This document shows, one piece after another, positions 47,787 through 57,465 of a DNA stretch of 64,000 bases; position 1 is the first letter of the stretch; each line of letters opens with the position of its first letter. Source of the DNA: Thermoanaerobaculia bacterium (GTDB lineage: Bacteria > Acidobacteriota > Thermoanaerobaculia > Multivoradales > Multivoraceae); NCBI GenBank assembly GCA_963664405.1, contig OY761158.1:3456001-3520000 (forward strand). Direction: 5' to 3'. Under the pieces are notes generated by a model that saw nothing but the letters and a program-made list of their open reading frames with translations, searched no databases and was not told where the DNA came from. Both the position numbers and the translations under genes were made by a program.

Positions 47787-49260
47787 CGTCGTTGCCTCCA
47801 AGTTGGTCGTAGTCCTCGAGGTTGTGCGGTCTCACGGAGAGATCTCGCTGTTGGAGCTCCTGGCTGAGCGGCACCGGTAAAGCCGGGGGCTGACCGAGGC
47901 CGCGCTGGTGCCGTTCGAGTAGGAGCCGGACGGACTGGAATCGCGGTGCGTGGTTCAGGAGCGCTTCGCGCACGGCTTTGTCGAGTCGCTGGGGGCCGTA
48001 CTGGCGCAGGAGTCGGAGCAGGCCGGCGGTCTGCGTTCCGAGGTTCTCGCCTCGCTCGGCGAGCTGCTGCATCAGCTCTTCGCATCGAGGCACAGCGGAA
48101 AACAGCCGATGGAAGCCCCGGTGTCGTCGGGCCCTGCGTTTGTGAGCGAGGAGCTCCTCGAGGTGTTGAGGATCGAGGATCTGCTCGCCCCGGGAGTACG
48201 AGCGAGGGTGCTCGGCGAGGAGCTCCTGGCCATCGAGGATCCGCACCCGATGCTCGCTGGCGAGGAGCGTGACGGTCCTCTGCACATGACTGTGCGGCAC
48301 CGAGTAGTCGTTGAGGTCGAAGCGCACGATCGGCGTCTTTCTGACCTTGATCTCCAGTCGCAGGTCGGTTTCGAAGTCGTCTCCGGGAAGCTCAAGCAGT
48401 CGAGGTCGTTCCTGGGCCAGGGCGCTTTTCACGGTTCGCTGTCGGTCCTGCGGCCAGGGTCTGCGCTGCGACCTCTGGCACCATTCCAGGACCTGCCGAT
48501 TCAGACGATCCAAATCGCTCACCGTTCGGGCGCCGAAGAACGAGCTTCGCAGGAAGCGGATTGCGCGCTCGACGCGGCCTTTCTCATTTCCCCGAGCCAC
48601 CGCGGCGACGGTGGGAAGGAAGCCGTAGTGGCTGGCGAAATCGAGCAGCACGGGATGGAAGCGCACCGCGGTTCCCTGCCGCTCGATCACCGCGGTTCGC
48701 AGGTTGTCGTACAGAACGGTCCTGACGACGCCGTCGACGTAGTGGAAGGCCAGCTGGTGAGCGTGCAAGAAGGTTTCGAGACGAGTGTCGAGGGTGAAGT
48801 GCACGAAGACCGTGCGCGAGAACGACAGCACGAAGACGAAGGCATAGAGCCGACGATGTGCCCGGCCGACGCGGAGCCGACCGAAGTGGCCCCAGTCGAC
48901 CTGCGCCTGCTCTCCTGGCAGCATGCGCAGCGAGAGAAACGCCTCGCGCTGGGGCTTCGGTCGCATCGAGGCCACCAGGTGGCGAAACTGATCCGGGCCT
49001 CCTGGATAGCCGCGCTCCACCACCATGGTGTAGAGACGGCTCGCCGGCAGTCGTGGGTAGGTCCCGAGCACCTGCTCGATGAACGGCAGGTAAGGATCGA
49101 TCATCCTCCCTCGTCGCTGCTGGGGTAGCACGCCGGACTTCTCCAGCGCCCGGCGCACGGTTGAGGGGTGCAGCTGTAGCTGTCGAGCGATCGTGCCGAC
49201 TTTCCACTTCTCGACCAGGAACAGACGACGGATCTCCCCGCGCAGCTGTGCGTCGATCAC
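47752..49260 (-). CDS. istA: IS21 DDE transposase IstA
   Basis: Helix-turn-helix; QVDW, YDN, KGRVE and NDYSVP motifs. Confidence 0.95.
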   Translation of the reverse strand: MIDAQLRGEIRRLFLVEKWKVGTIARQLQLHPSTVRRALEKSGVLPQQRRGRMIDPYLPFIEQVLGTYPRLPASRLYTMVVERGYPGGPDQFRHLVASMRPKPQREAFLSLRMLPGEQAQVDWGHFGRLRVGRAHRRLYAFVFVLSFSRTVFVHFTLDTRLETFLHAHQLAFHYVDGVVRTVLYDNLRTAVIERQGTAVRFHPVLLDFASHYGFLPTVAAVARGNEKGRVERAIRFLRSSFFGARTVSDLDRLNRQVLEWCQRSQRRPWPQDRQRTVKSALAQERPRLLELPGDDFETDLRLEIKVRKTPIVRFDLNDYSVPHSHVQRTVTLLASEHRVRILDGQELLAEHPRSYSRGEQILDPQHLEELLAHKRRARRHRGFHRLFSAVPRCEELMQQLAERGENLGTQTAGLLRLLRQYGPQRLDKAVREALLNHAPRFQSVRLLLERHQRGLGQPPALPVPLSQELQQRDLSVRPHNLEDYDQLGGNDDGPTQEESNDP

Positions 49261-49264
49261 GCCC

Positions 49265-49660
49265 CTATCTCCGTCGGCAACGACGAAAGCTCGTTCGCAC
49301 AAACTCTCGGCAGGCCTCTCCACACTGCATGCATCGCGGATTCCTCGGGTCGTAGCGCACTTCGCGCCTCGGAGTCTCGATCCGACACAGTGTCCTCCCC
49401 GAAGTACCGCCTGGGGTACCCTGATGCGTCACTTTCTCTGCCCGCTCGCGCTGGCGCCGACGGTAGCGGGCCTGACGGGCGGCATGACAATGCCGACCTC
49501 GGAGGCTTCGCTGGTACCGATGGCCGGCCGCCCGAGTCGATTCCCGACGAGCCACCAGAGCACAAGCCCGGCAGTAACGCTGGCCACGGTCACAGTGCGA
49601 GCACAGCGAGATACGCCGACGGCATCGAGCACAGTCGAAGAGTCGGTAGTCCGGTCGCAT
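49265..49660 (-). CDS. IS-encoded Cys/Arg-rich putative zinc-binding ORF1 (131 aa)
   Basis: CARC-x5-CSHCDRGQRYC...KVTH...CMQC motif; GGGAGG ribosome-binding site. Confidence 0.78.
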   Translation of the reverse strand: MRPDYRLFDCARCRRRISLCSHCDRGQRYCRACALVARRESTRAAGHRYQRSLRGRHCHAARQARYRRRQRERAEKVTHQGTPGGTSGRTLCRIETPRREVRYDPRNPRCMQCGEACREFVRTSFRRCRRR

Positions 49661-50024
49661 CGTCGCCTCCCATTCGACGACGACCCCGACTCTCTGCCAT
49701 ACTGCAAGCGCAGCTAATGCTGCGGTTTGGGGCAGAGCCCGGGGCGTTTTCTACTTCGCTTTCCCGGGCTCTCGCCGTCTCTGGTCGGCCTGCTCTATCA
49801 GAGCAGAGCCCGCACTGCAAAGCCCTACACCGACTCACGCATCTCTTCCGACCGCAAACACGCCGCCGGGACCACGCACCCGGACCGCCGTTCCGGCGGG
49901 ATGATGCCGCCCTTCCTGAAGAAGGCCTAGCTTTCCCGCGGTCGCGAAGCCCTCAGCTCACTCCATCCCGGAAACTGCGCTCGCAGCCAACGGGATGCGC
50001 TTTCTCGCAGCCATCAACACCATG

Positions 50025-50676
50025 GGTGAGTGAGGTGGCAGAGGTGTCCTCCGCCGAGGCAGCAGAGCGATTCCGCGAGACCTTCCCGCGCCTCACGGAG
50101 GTGGCGAGAGCTTGGGAAGACGAGCTCTTTCCTCGGTCACTCGAGGCCGCACTGGAACCGGACAGGATCGATGAGGCTCAGTTCAGGGAGTGGGTCGAGG
50201 GACTGCGTATCCATCCCGCGGCTCTTATGGTGGATGCTGATCAGGACTGGTTGGATCAGCTGGCCACCGCCGTAGAGGTGTTGCGGGCGGGCGGGCTGAT
50301 CTTGGGGGCGGTATTTCTTGCTGCCGCGGCGCTGACGACAGCTAGCATCCTGCGCCTTGTTGCCCATCTGCATCGCGAAGAGATCGCGATCATGCGCCTG
50401 GTCGGTGCTACCGAGTTCTACATCCGAGGCCCTTTCTACATCGAGGGCCTCCTACAAGGCCTCGGTGGCGCGGTCCTCGCGCTTCTAGGGATCGTCGTCG
50501 GCGTTCGAGCCGTGCCCTCGAGCGAGGACGCTTCTCTTTGGTCCGCGCTCCTCTTCTCCGAGAGCATTCACCTCCAAGAGGTGGCGGTCATTCTTGTCGG
50601 CGGTGCGGTGGTCGGCGTGACGGGCGCGGTTCTCTCGCTGCGCCGCGAAGGCAGCGATTCGGAGGCGGGCGAGTGA
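50025..50676 (+). pseudogene. ftsX: FtsX 3' part
   Basis: REEIAIMRLVGATEFYIRGPFYIEG FtsX signature; three membrane segments. Confidence 0.9.
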
Positions 50677-50709
50677 GGCGATTCACATCAGGCGACGGAG
50701 CGGTCGCTT

Positions 50710-51591
50710 CTAATCGGCTTGCACCTTGGCGCTTATGCGACTCACGTTCCTGGCCACGGCAGCAACGATCAGCGTGTAGCCAGTAAACGTGTTCTCCTGA
50801 TTCGGGCCAAGGACGAGTCTGTATTCACGGGCATCGTCCACCACAAACCCATCGGAGTCCTGAAACTCAACCACCGCATCGAAGGTCGCTGGTTGGTCGG
50901 TGAGGTTCCGCAGCGTCAGTTTCCACGCGAACTTTGACCAACTGTCATTCGACTCGGTAACTCGGGTGTCGACGTCGATTATCTCGAAGCGCTTGCTAGC
51001 ACTCTGGCCCCGGTCCCTCGTTGGGGGTGTGTCTTGAATGTGGTCTGAGCTAGCGGCGTCACCAGATGTTCCGCTACCACGCCCCTCGAGCTTCGGCGAC
51101 GCTAGTCCATATTTGGCGCTCAGGTACCGCTGGTTCAGCATCGCCAGAGTTTGCTCCTGCGTAGCCACTGTGCTCTGCGCGAGAGCCCCAGTCAGACGCC
51201 CCGCGTAGCGAGCGGCTTCACGCTGGGCTCCTTCCAGACTCGTTGTCTGGAGTGCTATCTCCTTTTCAAGAGACGCTGCTAGCTCCGGATCCGGCTGCGT
51301 GCCGGGAACCTCAAGCTTTAGGGGTGCACCCGACCGGACTGACTGAATGCGCTGAGCTAGTAGTGCTTCTGTGAGCCTCAGCGTCTCAAGACGTGCTCCC
51401 ACGAGTGCCTTCACCTGGCCGCCCGCGAGCGATACTTCTTTCTCTTCCGCCTTAGCGATCTCTTGACGAAGGATCTCCTGGTCAACCTCGAGAATCTCAA
51501 TCTGCAACTCATCCTTCTGCGCCAGCTGGTAGGCGTCACAGTAGACGGCAGCGGCCAGGAGTACTACTAGGGCCACTAGTGCTTCCCTCAC
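50710..51591 (-). CDS. Secreted hypothetical protein with a helical repeat region and an FxLYD-like beta domain
   Basis: Signal peptide; FQDSDGFVVD motif; has its own promoter candidate. Confidence 0.65.
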   Translation of the reverse strand: MREALVALVVLLAAAVYCDAYQLAQKDELQIEILEVDQEILRQEIAKAEEKEVSLAGGQVKALVGARLETLRLTEALLAQRIQSVRSGAPLKLEVPGTQPDPELAASLEKEIALQTTSLEGAQREAARYAGRLTGALAQSTVATQEQTLAMLNQRYLSAKYGLASPKLEGRGSGTSGDAASSDHIQDTPPTRDRGQSASKRFEIIDVDTRVTESNDSWSKFAWKLTLRNLTDQPATFDAVVEFQDSDGFVVDDAREYRLVLGPNQENTFTGYTLIVAAVARNVSRISAKVQAD

Positions 51592-51648
51592 GATGTCCTC
51601 CTCTGTTGGCCCGCCCGAGTGTCTGCCTCCGCCAGCTGTTTAGCAACA

Positions 51649-51677
51649 AACGTACGCCTCGCCAGTGGAGGTGTCAA
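51649..51677 (-). promoter_or_regulatory. Putative sigma70 promoter for 50710-51591
   Basis: Minus strand TTGACA-17 bp-TACGTT. Confidence 0.6.
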
Positions 51678-52081
51678 ATGTGAGTCTCCGAGAATGATCG
51701 ACCAAAGGCACCCTTGCACACTGCCCTCAGCGGGGCGACGACGCGCAACGTCAGTTCATCCTCGTCGCCGAGCGTCGGCAGTTTTGCCCCAAGGTTTGGG
51801 TTCAGACTGCTTCTGGTTGCAACTCTGCTGACTCGTGCCGCATTGTGTCCAGCCCGAACTCTCGGGGACCCTGCGTGACCCGACCCCTTGCCGGCGACTA
51901 CCGGACCGTGTATCGAGCCCTGCCCCCGTGGAACTCGAGCTTCGACACGTCCGTTACAGGTGCGCGGTGGTGCGTTCTCGTCGACGACGAGACTAAGACC
52001 GCGGCTACGCGCCACCGGAATCGCGCGCGCTTAGTCGCAACTAACAGAACAAGGCGGAGGCAATGAGTTCCGGGAGCCTGG

Positions 52082-53278
52082 CTAGGGTGCTCCCGCGCCG
52101 GGAAGCGCCTTCATCTCCGCCTCGAGAAGCTTCTTCTCTTCCTCCAGCTCCTTGATGAGCGCGTTCTGCGCCTCGATACCCTTGTTCTCGTCGAGGATGT
52201 CGATGTTCTCTTGGATGCGATTGGCCCCGGCAGAGTCGCCGGCCTTAATGTAGGCAGCTTTCGCCTCCGGAAGGTTCTTTTGCTTCTCGTAGACGAAGCC
52301 CAGCTGCGCCCAGACTTTCTTCTCATCGACCTTGGGCTTGCCCAGGGCGCTCTTCAAGGGGTCCACTGCGTGAGCATATTTCTCGTTGGCCGCGTGCGCC
52401 TGGCCTAGGTAAAACAGAGGGAGCCAAGCGCTCGAGTCTTTGCTGGCGGCCTGGTCGAAGGACTTCGCGGCCTGGTCGTACTGCTTGGCGCCGAGCTCGG
52501 CTTCCCCCTGCAACAGGAAGTTGTCGTACTTCCCCTCGAGACTGGTCAGCTTGTGGGCTGCCGCAGCGGCCTCGGAGTAGATCGTGAGCTTGGCTGCCCG
52601 GTCTCGTTCTTCACGGCCCTTCTGGACGAGGGCTCGGGCATAGACTCGGTGCTTTGCCGGATCGTTGGCGTCGAGGGAAGAGGCCTTTCGCAGGGCGGTG
52701 ATGGCGTCCTCGGTGTAATTCGCAGCCAGGGCTTGCTTGCCGTAGTTGAACTGAGCGGTCGCGTCGTTGGGGTTGAGCTTGGCCGCGTTCTCGAGATTCG
52801 TTAGCAGAAGACCGGAATCACCGGTCTCTTTGTAGCAATGCGTCAGCATATTCGAGATGCTGGTCTGGTGGCCTTGCGGCAGGGAACCCGCGTTGATTTT
52901 CGAGAGCACGTCGATGGCGTTCTTGTGGTCGCCGGCTCTGTAGTAGGCCTGGCCCAGAACGAGCTGCGTGCTGACGTCGGGCTTCAACTTGAGCGCGGTC
53001 TTCAGAGGGTCAATCGCCTCTTTGTACTTCTTTTGATAGTACATCGACCGCCCGAGCATGAAGTAAACCTGAGCATATTCCGGCTTGTCCGCCCCCCCAA
53101 GGTCCGCCGCGTTCTGAAGGAAGGCCTGAAACTGATTGGCCGCCTCTTGATAGTTCTTCGCTTCGAAGGCGGCCACTCCCTCGTCCCAATCTGCGAGAGC
53201 AGTGCTGCCAACCGCCGCCGAGAGCAAGAGGCAGGTCAGGATGTTGATAACTTGCCGCATATTCATGTCCCTTCCCAT
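52082..53278 (-). CDS. Secreted TPR protein (start may be 53266 or 53260)
   Basis: Signal peptide ending ALA; multiple TPR motifs; downstream of tonB. Confidence 0.85.
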   Translation of the reverse strand: MGRDMNMRQVINILTCLLLSAAVGSTALADWDEGVAAFEAKNYQEAANQFQAFLQNAADLGGADKPEYAQVYFMLGRSMYYQKKYKEAIDPLKTALKLKPDVSTQLVLGQAYYRAGDHKNAIDVLSKINAGSLPQGHQTSISNMLTHCYKETGDSGLLLTNLENAAKLNPNDATAQFNYGKQALAANYTEDAITALRKASSLDANDPAKHRVYARALVQKGREERDRAAKLTIYSEAAAAAHKLTSLEGKYDNFLLQGEAELGAKQYDQAAKSFDQAASKDSSAWLPLFYLGQAHAANEKYAHAVDPLKSALGKPKVDEKKVWAQLGFVYEKQKNLPEAKAAYIKAGDSAGANRIQENIDILDENKGIEAQNALIKELEEEKKLLEAEMKALPGAGAP

Positions 53279-53528
53279 TCGGCTCAGACGGGAACTGCCA
53301 TCGCTGCGTCTGTGAACTCTGCTCGACTCAAAGGTCCCGCCGTCTCGGTGACGCGGGTACTTGCCGCGTAACCTAGAGATCTTAGCTCAATCTGGATGAG
53401 CCCGCCCCGTGATCGAAGCCACGAGGTTCCGGCAACTGTCGAAGAGCCTCGCTCCCGAGGTGCCGGCAGTTTGTAAAACAGGTACCCTGCCGCCCGATAT
53501 TCCGCAGCGAAACTTCAGGGATCATCGG

Positions 53529-54242
53529 CTACTGCAGCTGGAAGTTCACCGTCAAATTGAAGTACACGGCAACGGGCTTGCCGTTGAGTGTCGCCGGAGT
53601 GAACTTCCACTTCTCGACCGCCGAGACGGCTGCCTCGGTGAGACCCATCGGAAGGCCCTTGAGGGTTTTGACGTCGGTAATGTTGCCTTCCTTGTCGATG
53701 ATCGTCTGAAGGATCACGACACCCTGAATTCTCGCCTTGCGGGCGATCTCTGTGTATTGCGGCTGTACGTCGGAGATCTTCACCGGCTTCTGCACGTCGC
53801 CGGTGACGAAAAGGGGTCCGGAGGGCTCTGGCGCCGGTGGCGCGTCGGGCATGGCGATGACCAGATCGTCGACATCCGGAATGTCGAGCTCCTCCTCGTG
53901 TTGAATCTCACGGATCGGCTCGGGCTCGTCCGGAGTCGGATCAGGGATCGGCACCTTCTTCGCCTTCGGTTTGGGGATCTGCTGCTCCTGCTTCGGTGGC
54001 GGTGGCTTGAAGCGGACCTGCTGGATCACATAGATCTTCGGCTTCTTCTTCTCCGTGGTCAGGTCCGTGGCCATCGTGGGGAAGTTGATGACGAGCAGAA
54101 TGACGTGAAAGACGATGGCGATGCCATAGGCCCACCGGAGGGTCTTGTTGTCCTCTTCGGTCTCCAAGGCGAAGGTCGTGAACTCGTTGACATCCTCAAT
54201 CTCTGTACTTTTCGGGGCCGGACTAGCCTTTTCCTTAGTCAT
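53529..54242 (-). CDS. tonB: Energy transducer TonB
   Basis: Membrane segment with His, Pro-rich linker, PQYTEIARKARIQG...WKFTPA. Confidence 0.9.
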   Translation of the reverse strand: MTKEKASPAPKSTEIEDVNEFTTFALETEEDNKTLRWAYGIAIVFHVILLVINFPTMATDLTTEKKKPKIYVIQQVRFKPPPPKQEQQIPKPKAKKVPIPDPTPDEPEPIREIQHEEELDIPDVDDLVIAMPDAPPAPEPSGPLFVTGDVQKPVKISDVQPQYTEIARKARIQGVVILQTIIDKEGNITDVKTLKGLPMGLTEAAVSAVEKWKFTPATLNGKPVAVYFNLTVNFQLQ

Positions 54243-54250
54243 GGAAACTC

Positions 54251-54688
54251 CTAAAACCAGAGAGCGTCTATCTCGCGCTGAGTCGGCAACGAGATCCGGA
54301 CCTCTTCCTTCAGACCCTTTTCTTTACCTTGCCGAAGCTCATCCATTACGTCCACCATCGCTCCATAGGGAGCCGCGGGATCGGGCCGAATGATAACGGG
54401 CTTCGCCGGGTTCCGGTCGAGCTTGGGCTTGAGATAGTCGATCAGCGCGTCGAGCTCCATTGGCTTTTGATCGACCACCAGGTCGCCGCGTGGCTGAATC
54501 TCGATGAGGACAGAGTCCTCTTTCTCGATCATTGGCGGGTTGTCGTCGTCTTTGGGGGGAGCGAAGTCCAGACCGCGGGTCGCCGTGAACGTCGTTGTCA
54601 CCATGAAATAGATGATCAGCAAGAAGGCGATGTCCGCCATCGAGGCGGTAGGGATCTCGTCGTCGACGTCGCGCCGTTTCATCTTCAT
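54251..54688 (-). CDS. exbD: ExbD/TolR family protein
   Basis: IPTASMADIAFLLIIYFMV motif. Confidence 0.9.
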   Translation of the reverse strand: MKMKRRDVDDEIPTASMADIAFLLIIYFMVTTTFTATRGLDFAPPKDDDNPPMIEKEDSVLIEIQPRGDLVVDQKPMELDALIDYLKPKLDRNPAKPVIIRPDPAAPYGAMVDVMDELRQGKEKGLKEEVRISLPTQREIDALWF

Positions 54689-54692
54689 TTGC

Positions 54693-55133
54693 TTAGCCTC
54701 CGCCTATCGCCGCATCGACGGTCTCTTGATCAGAGAGTAGGTAGATCATCTCTGCCTTTGCTCGCTTCAGCGCATCGATGACTTCGTCGACATGACGGTA
54801 GTCCGTGTCGTGATCGGCCTTGAGCACGAAAGCCTTGCCGGGCTCCATCGCGACCACACCGGCGGCGAAAGACAGTACGTCCTCGACTCCGGGGACCAGA
54901 GCACTCATCTCTTCGCCGTCAGACACCCGAAGTCGGCCCTCTTTGTCGACGGAGACATAGGCTGCCTTCTTGGGTATTTCCGTGCGCAGCTCAGTTTTCG
55001 GCAGCGTTAGTTGGGTCTTGTCGACCTCGAAGCTGATCGTGAGCATGAAAAAGATGATCAAGAGGAAGGCAATGTCCGCCATCGACGCTGTCGGGATCGT
55101 CGGCTGGCTTCTCAATCGCGCCTGAAGTCTCAT
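54693..55133 (-). CDS. exbD: ExbD/TolR family protein
   Basis: IPTASMADIAFLLIIFFML and LKAD motifs. Confidence 0.9.
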   Translation of the reverse strand: MRLQARLRSQPTIPTASMADIAFLLIIFFMLTISFEVDKTQLTLPKTELRTEIPKKAAYVSVDKEGRLRVSDGEEMSALVPGVEDVLSFAAGVVAMEPGKAFVLKADHDTDYRHVDEVIDALKRAKAEMIYLLSDQETVDAAIGGG

Positions 55134-55181
55134 CGTCTGATTCCTCTCTTGTTCACTGCCTAGCTTCGCCGAGCCTTAACC

Positions 55182-55874
55182 TCACGCTCCATCTCTAGCA
55201 GCTTGCGAGTCGCTGGCCGGTCCGGAATCTGGAGTGATGCCGCTGCGTTCCATTTCTCCAAAGGTCTCGAGCAACATATTAGTCGAGGTCTCGATGTCAC
55301 GGACGAATTTGTTGATGCGGCTCATGAAGTAGTTGTAGACGAGCTGTGTCGGGATCGCCACGCCGAGACCGGCAGCGGTAGTTGTCAGGGCCTCTTTGAT
55401 GCCGATCGCGACGAGCCCCGGGTTTGAAAGACCGGCCTCGGCAAGCGCGTCGAAGGACTTCATCATGCCTGTTACCGTGCCGAAGAAGCCGAGGAGGGGG
55501 GCTACGTTGGCTACGGTAGCCAGCACGACGAGGAAGCGCTCGAGGCGACCCATCTCGAAGAGGGCGGCGTTCTCGATCGTCTTTTCAACGTCTTCTTTTG
55601 GCTGGCCGTACTTCAACAGGCCTGCCTTCATGATCGACGCCACGGGACCGCGATACTCCTCGCAGATCTTGATCGCGTTTCTGATCGAGCGATCCACGAC
55701 CAGGGCCTTACGCACCTTAGCGAGGAACTCGTTGACGTTGATCTTGGCTCTTCGAAGAGAGATAAATCGCTCGATGGACACGGCCACCGCGATTACCGAG
55801 AAGATCAGGAGGATCCACATTACGACCCCTCCTTGTTGCATCAGGCCCCAGAAATTTCCACCAATGTCCACCAT
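55182..55874 (-). CDS. exbB: MotA/TolQ/ExbB proton channel protein
   Basis: APLLGFFGTVTGM and GIKEALTTTAAGL motifs. Confidence 0.92.
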   Translation of the reverse strand: MVDIGGNFWGLMQQGGVVMWILLIFSVIAVAVSIERFISLRRAKINVNEFLAKVRKALVVDRSIRNAIKICEEYRGPVASIMKAGLLKYGQPKEDVEKTIENAALFEMGRLERFLVVLATVANVAPLLGFFGTVTGMMKSFDALAEAGLSNPGLVAIGIKEALTTTAAGLGVAIPTQLVYNYFMSRINKFVRDIETSTNMLLETFGEMERSGITPDSGPASDSQAARDGA

Positions 55875-56081
55875 GACCTCCTCTATCCAGATTAGATTCG
55901 TCTGATGCGAATCCAGTTCCCAATAATTTCAACTACCGTTTGAGGCAAATCCCAGACATAGCGCCAGCTTGCCTCAGATTGACTTCGAACCAAAATCGAT
56001 CCCGTTGGGCAATGAGGCGGGCATGCTAGCACAGCGCAAAAATCACGGTCAACAGACGAAGAGCCCGTGCTCGTCGGTGAA

Positions 56082-56585
56082 TCAGGGCTTCCCGTGACTC
56101 TTCACCAGATGGTCCATACGGTAGCGTCTCGCGCAGCACATCGCGATCGCGAGAGCATCGACCGCATCCTCCGAACGATCCTCCTTGGGTGGGCCGAGAA
56201 ACATCTGAACCATCCGAGCTACCTGCGCCTTGTCTGCCCGTCCGTTGCCCGCGATGGCAGCCTTCACCTCTGCCGGACTGTACTCGCAGATCTCGACCTG
56301 CCGCATCGCCAGCGTCGCCAGGATCGCTCCACGCGCCTGGCACAGAACGATGAGTGACTTGGGGTTGAGGCCGAAGAAAGCCTGCTCCACCGCGACCACT
56401 TCCGGGCTCCAGGCCGTAAGCAGTGCCTCGAGCTCGCCGACCAAGTGGGCGAGACGCTGCGGAAGATCCTGCTTGATCGGTAGGCTGACGCGCCCGTCGG
56501 CGAGAACCTCTTGTTGACCGCCCCGCCAGCGCAGGACGCCCCAGCCGGTGTGCCTGCTGCCTGGATCGATGCCGAGGATTACCAA
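56082..56585 (-). CDS. ruvC: Holliday junction resolvase RuvC
   Basis: ILGIDPG, VAVE, GNGRADKAQV and DALAIA motifs. Confidence 0.95.
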   Translation of the reverse strand: MVILGIDPGSRHTGWGVLRWRGGQQEVLADGRVSLPIKQDLPQRLAHLVGELEALLTAWSPEVVAVEQAFFGLNPKSLIVLCQARGAILATLAMRQVEICEYSPAEVKAAIAGNGRADKAQVARMVQMFLGPPKEDRSEDAVDALAIAMCCARRYRMDHLVKSHGKP

Positions 56586-56597
56586 CAGCCGCGAGCC

Positions 56598-57353
56598 TCA
56601 CGACTCGGCGCTTACCTGCGCCAAGACACTCGGGTCTATGTCGAAGTTGGCCCACACGTTCTGGACGTCGTCTTGCTCTTCGAGTGCTTCGAGAAGATTC
56701 AGCACCGCGCGCAGACCCGACTGTTCCAACTCGACAACGCTCTGAGGGATCATCGATAGCTCTTTGAGCACCTGCGGCAAGTCGCGCTCCTCGAGCTGGA
56801 GACGTACTCGCTCAAAGTCCTCCAGCGAGGTGAAAATCTCGTATTGGCCGCCTTCGACGTTGAAGTCCTCGACGTCCAGCTCGAGTGCGAGCTCCATGAA
56901 AGCCTCTTCTTCAATCGCATCCGACTCGAGAACGAAGTACCCTCGCCGCTGAAACATCCAATTCACGCAGCCAGCCTCTCCCAGGCTCCCACCGTAGCGT
57001 GAGAAGATGTGTCTGATCTCTCCAGCGGTTCGGTTGCGATTGTCGGTCGCGGCTTCGACCAAGACCGCGACACCGCCGGAGGCGTAGCCTTCGTAGGAGA
57101 CGAGCTCCATGACCGAGCCCTCGAGCTCCCCGGTGCCCTTCTTGATCGCGCGCTCGAGGTTCTCCGAGGGTACGTTATTCGCTTTGGCGTCCTGGATGGC
57201 TGCACGCAGGCGGGGGTTGCCGCCGGGGTCGCCACCGCCGAGGCGTGCAGAGATCGTGACCTCTCGGAGTAGCTTGGTGAAGAGCTTCCCCCGCTTGGCA
57301 TCGGTAGCTGCTTTCTTGTGCTTGATCGTGCTCCACTTACTGTGACCGGACAT
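56598..57353 (-). CDS. yebC: YebC/PmpR family protein
   Basis: Canonical MSGHSKWSTIKHKK start at 57353; YEGY and TDNRNRT motifs. Confidence 0.95.
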   Translation of the reverse strand: MSGHSKWSTIKHKKAATDAKRGKLFTKLLREVTISARLGGGDPGGNPRLRAAIQDAKANNVPSENLERAIKKGTGELEGSVMELVSYEGYASGGVAVLVEAATDNRNRTAGEIRHIFSRYGGSLGEAGCVNWMFQRRGYFVLESDAIEEEAFMELALELDVEDFNVEGGQYEIFTSLEDFERVRLQLEERDLPQVLKELSMIPQSVVELEQSGLRAVLNLLEALEEQDDVQNVWANFDIDPSVLAQVSAES

Positions 57354-57465
57354 ACTCTCGGAGTCTATACGAGGAGATCGGTCGACAGCCGCCTTGTGTC
57401 GCAACCGTTGGCTCGAATAAGCTGGCGGTTCGCTGTCGCGGCCCCTGCACGCCTGCGTTTTGCTC

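Larger units (their letters stand above)
46630..50019 (-). mobile_element. IS21-family-like element 2 (3390 bp, four ORFs) with 5-bp target-site duplication CCATG (46625-46629 / 50020-50024)
   Basis: Terminal repeats TGTTACCGGCTACGAGAAAGCGCACTTAGTTGGCTGCGAG / TGTTGATGGCTGCGAGAAAGCGCATCCCGTTGGCTGCGAG with internal GGCTRCGAG sub-repeats. Confidence 0.95.
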
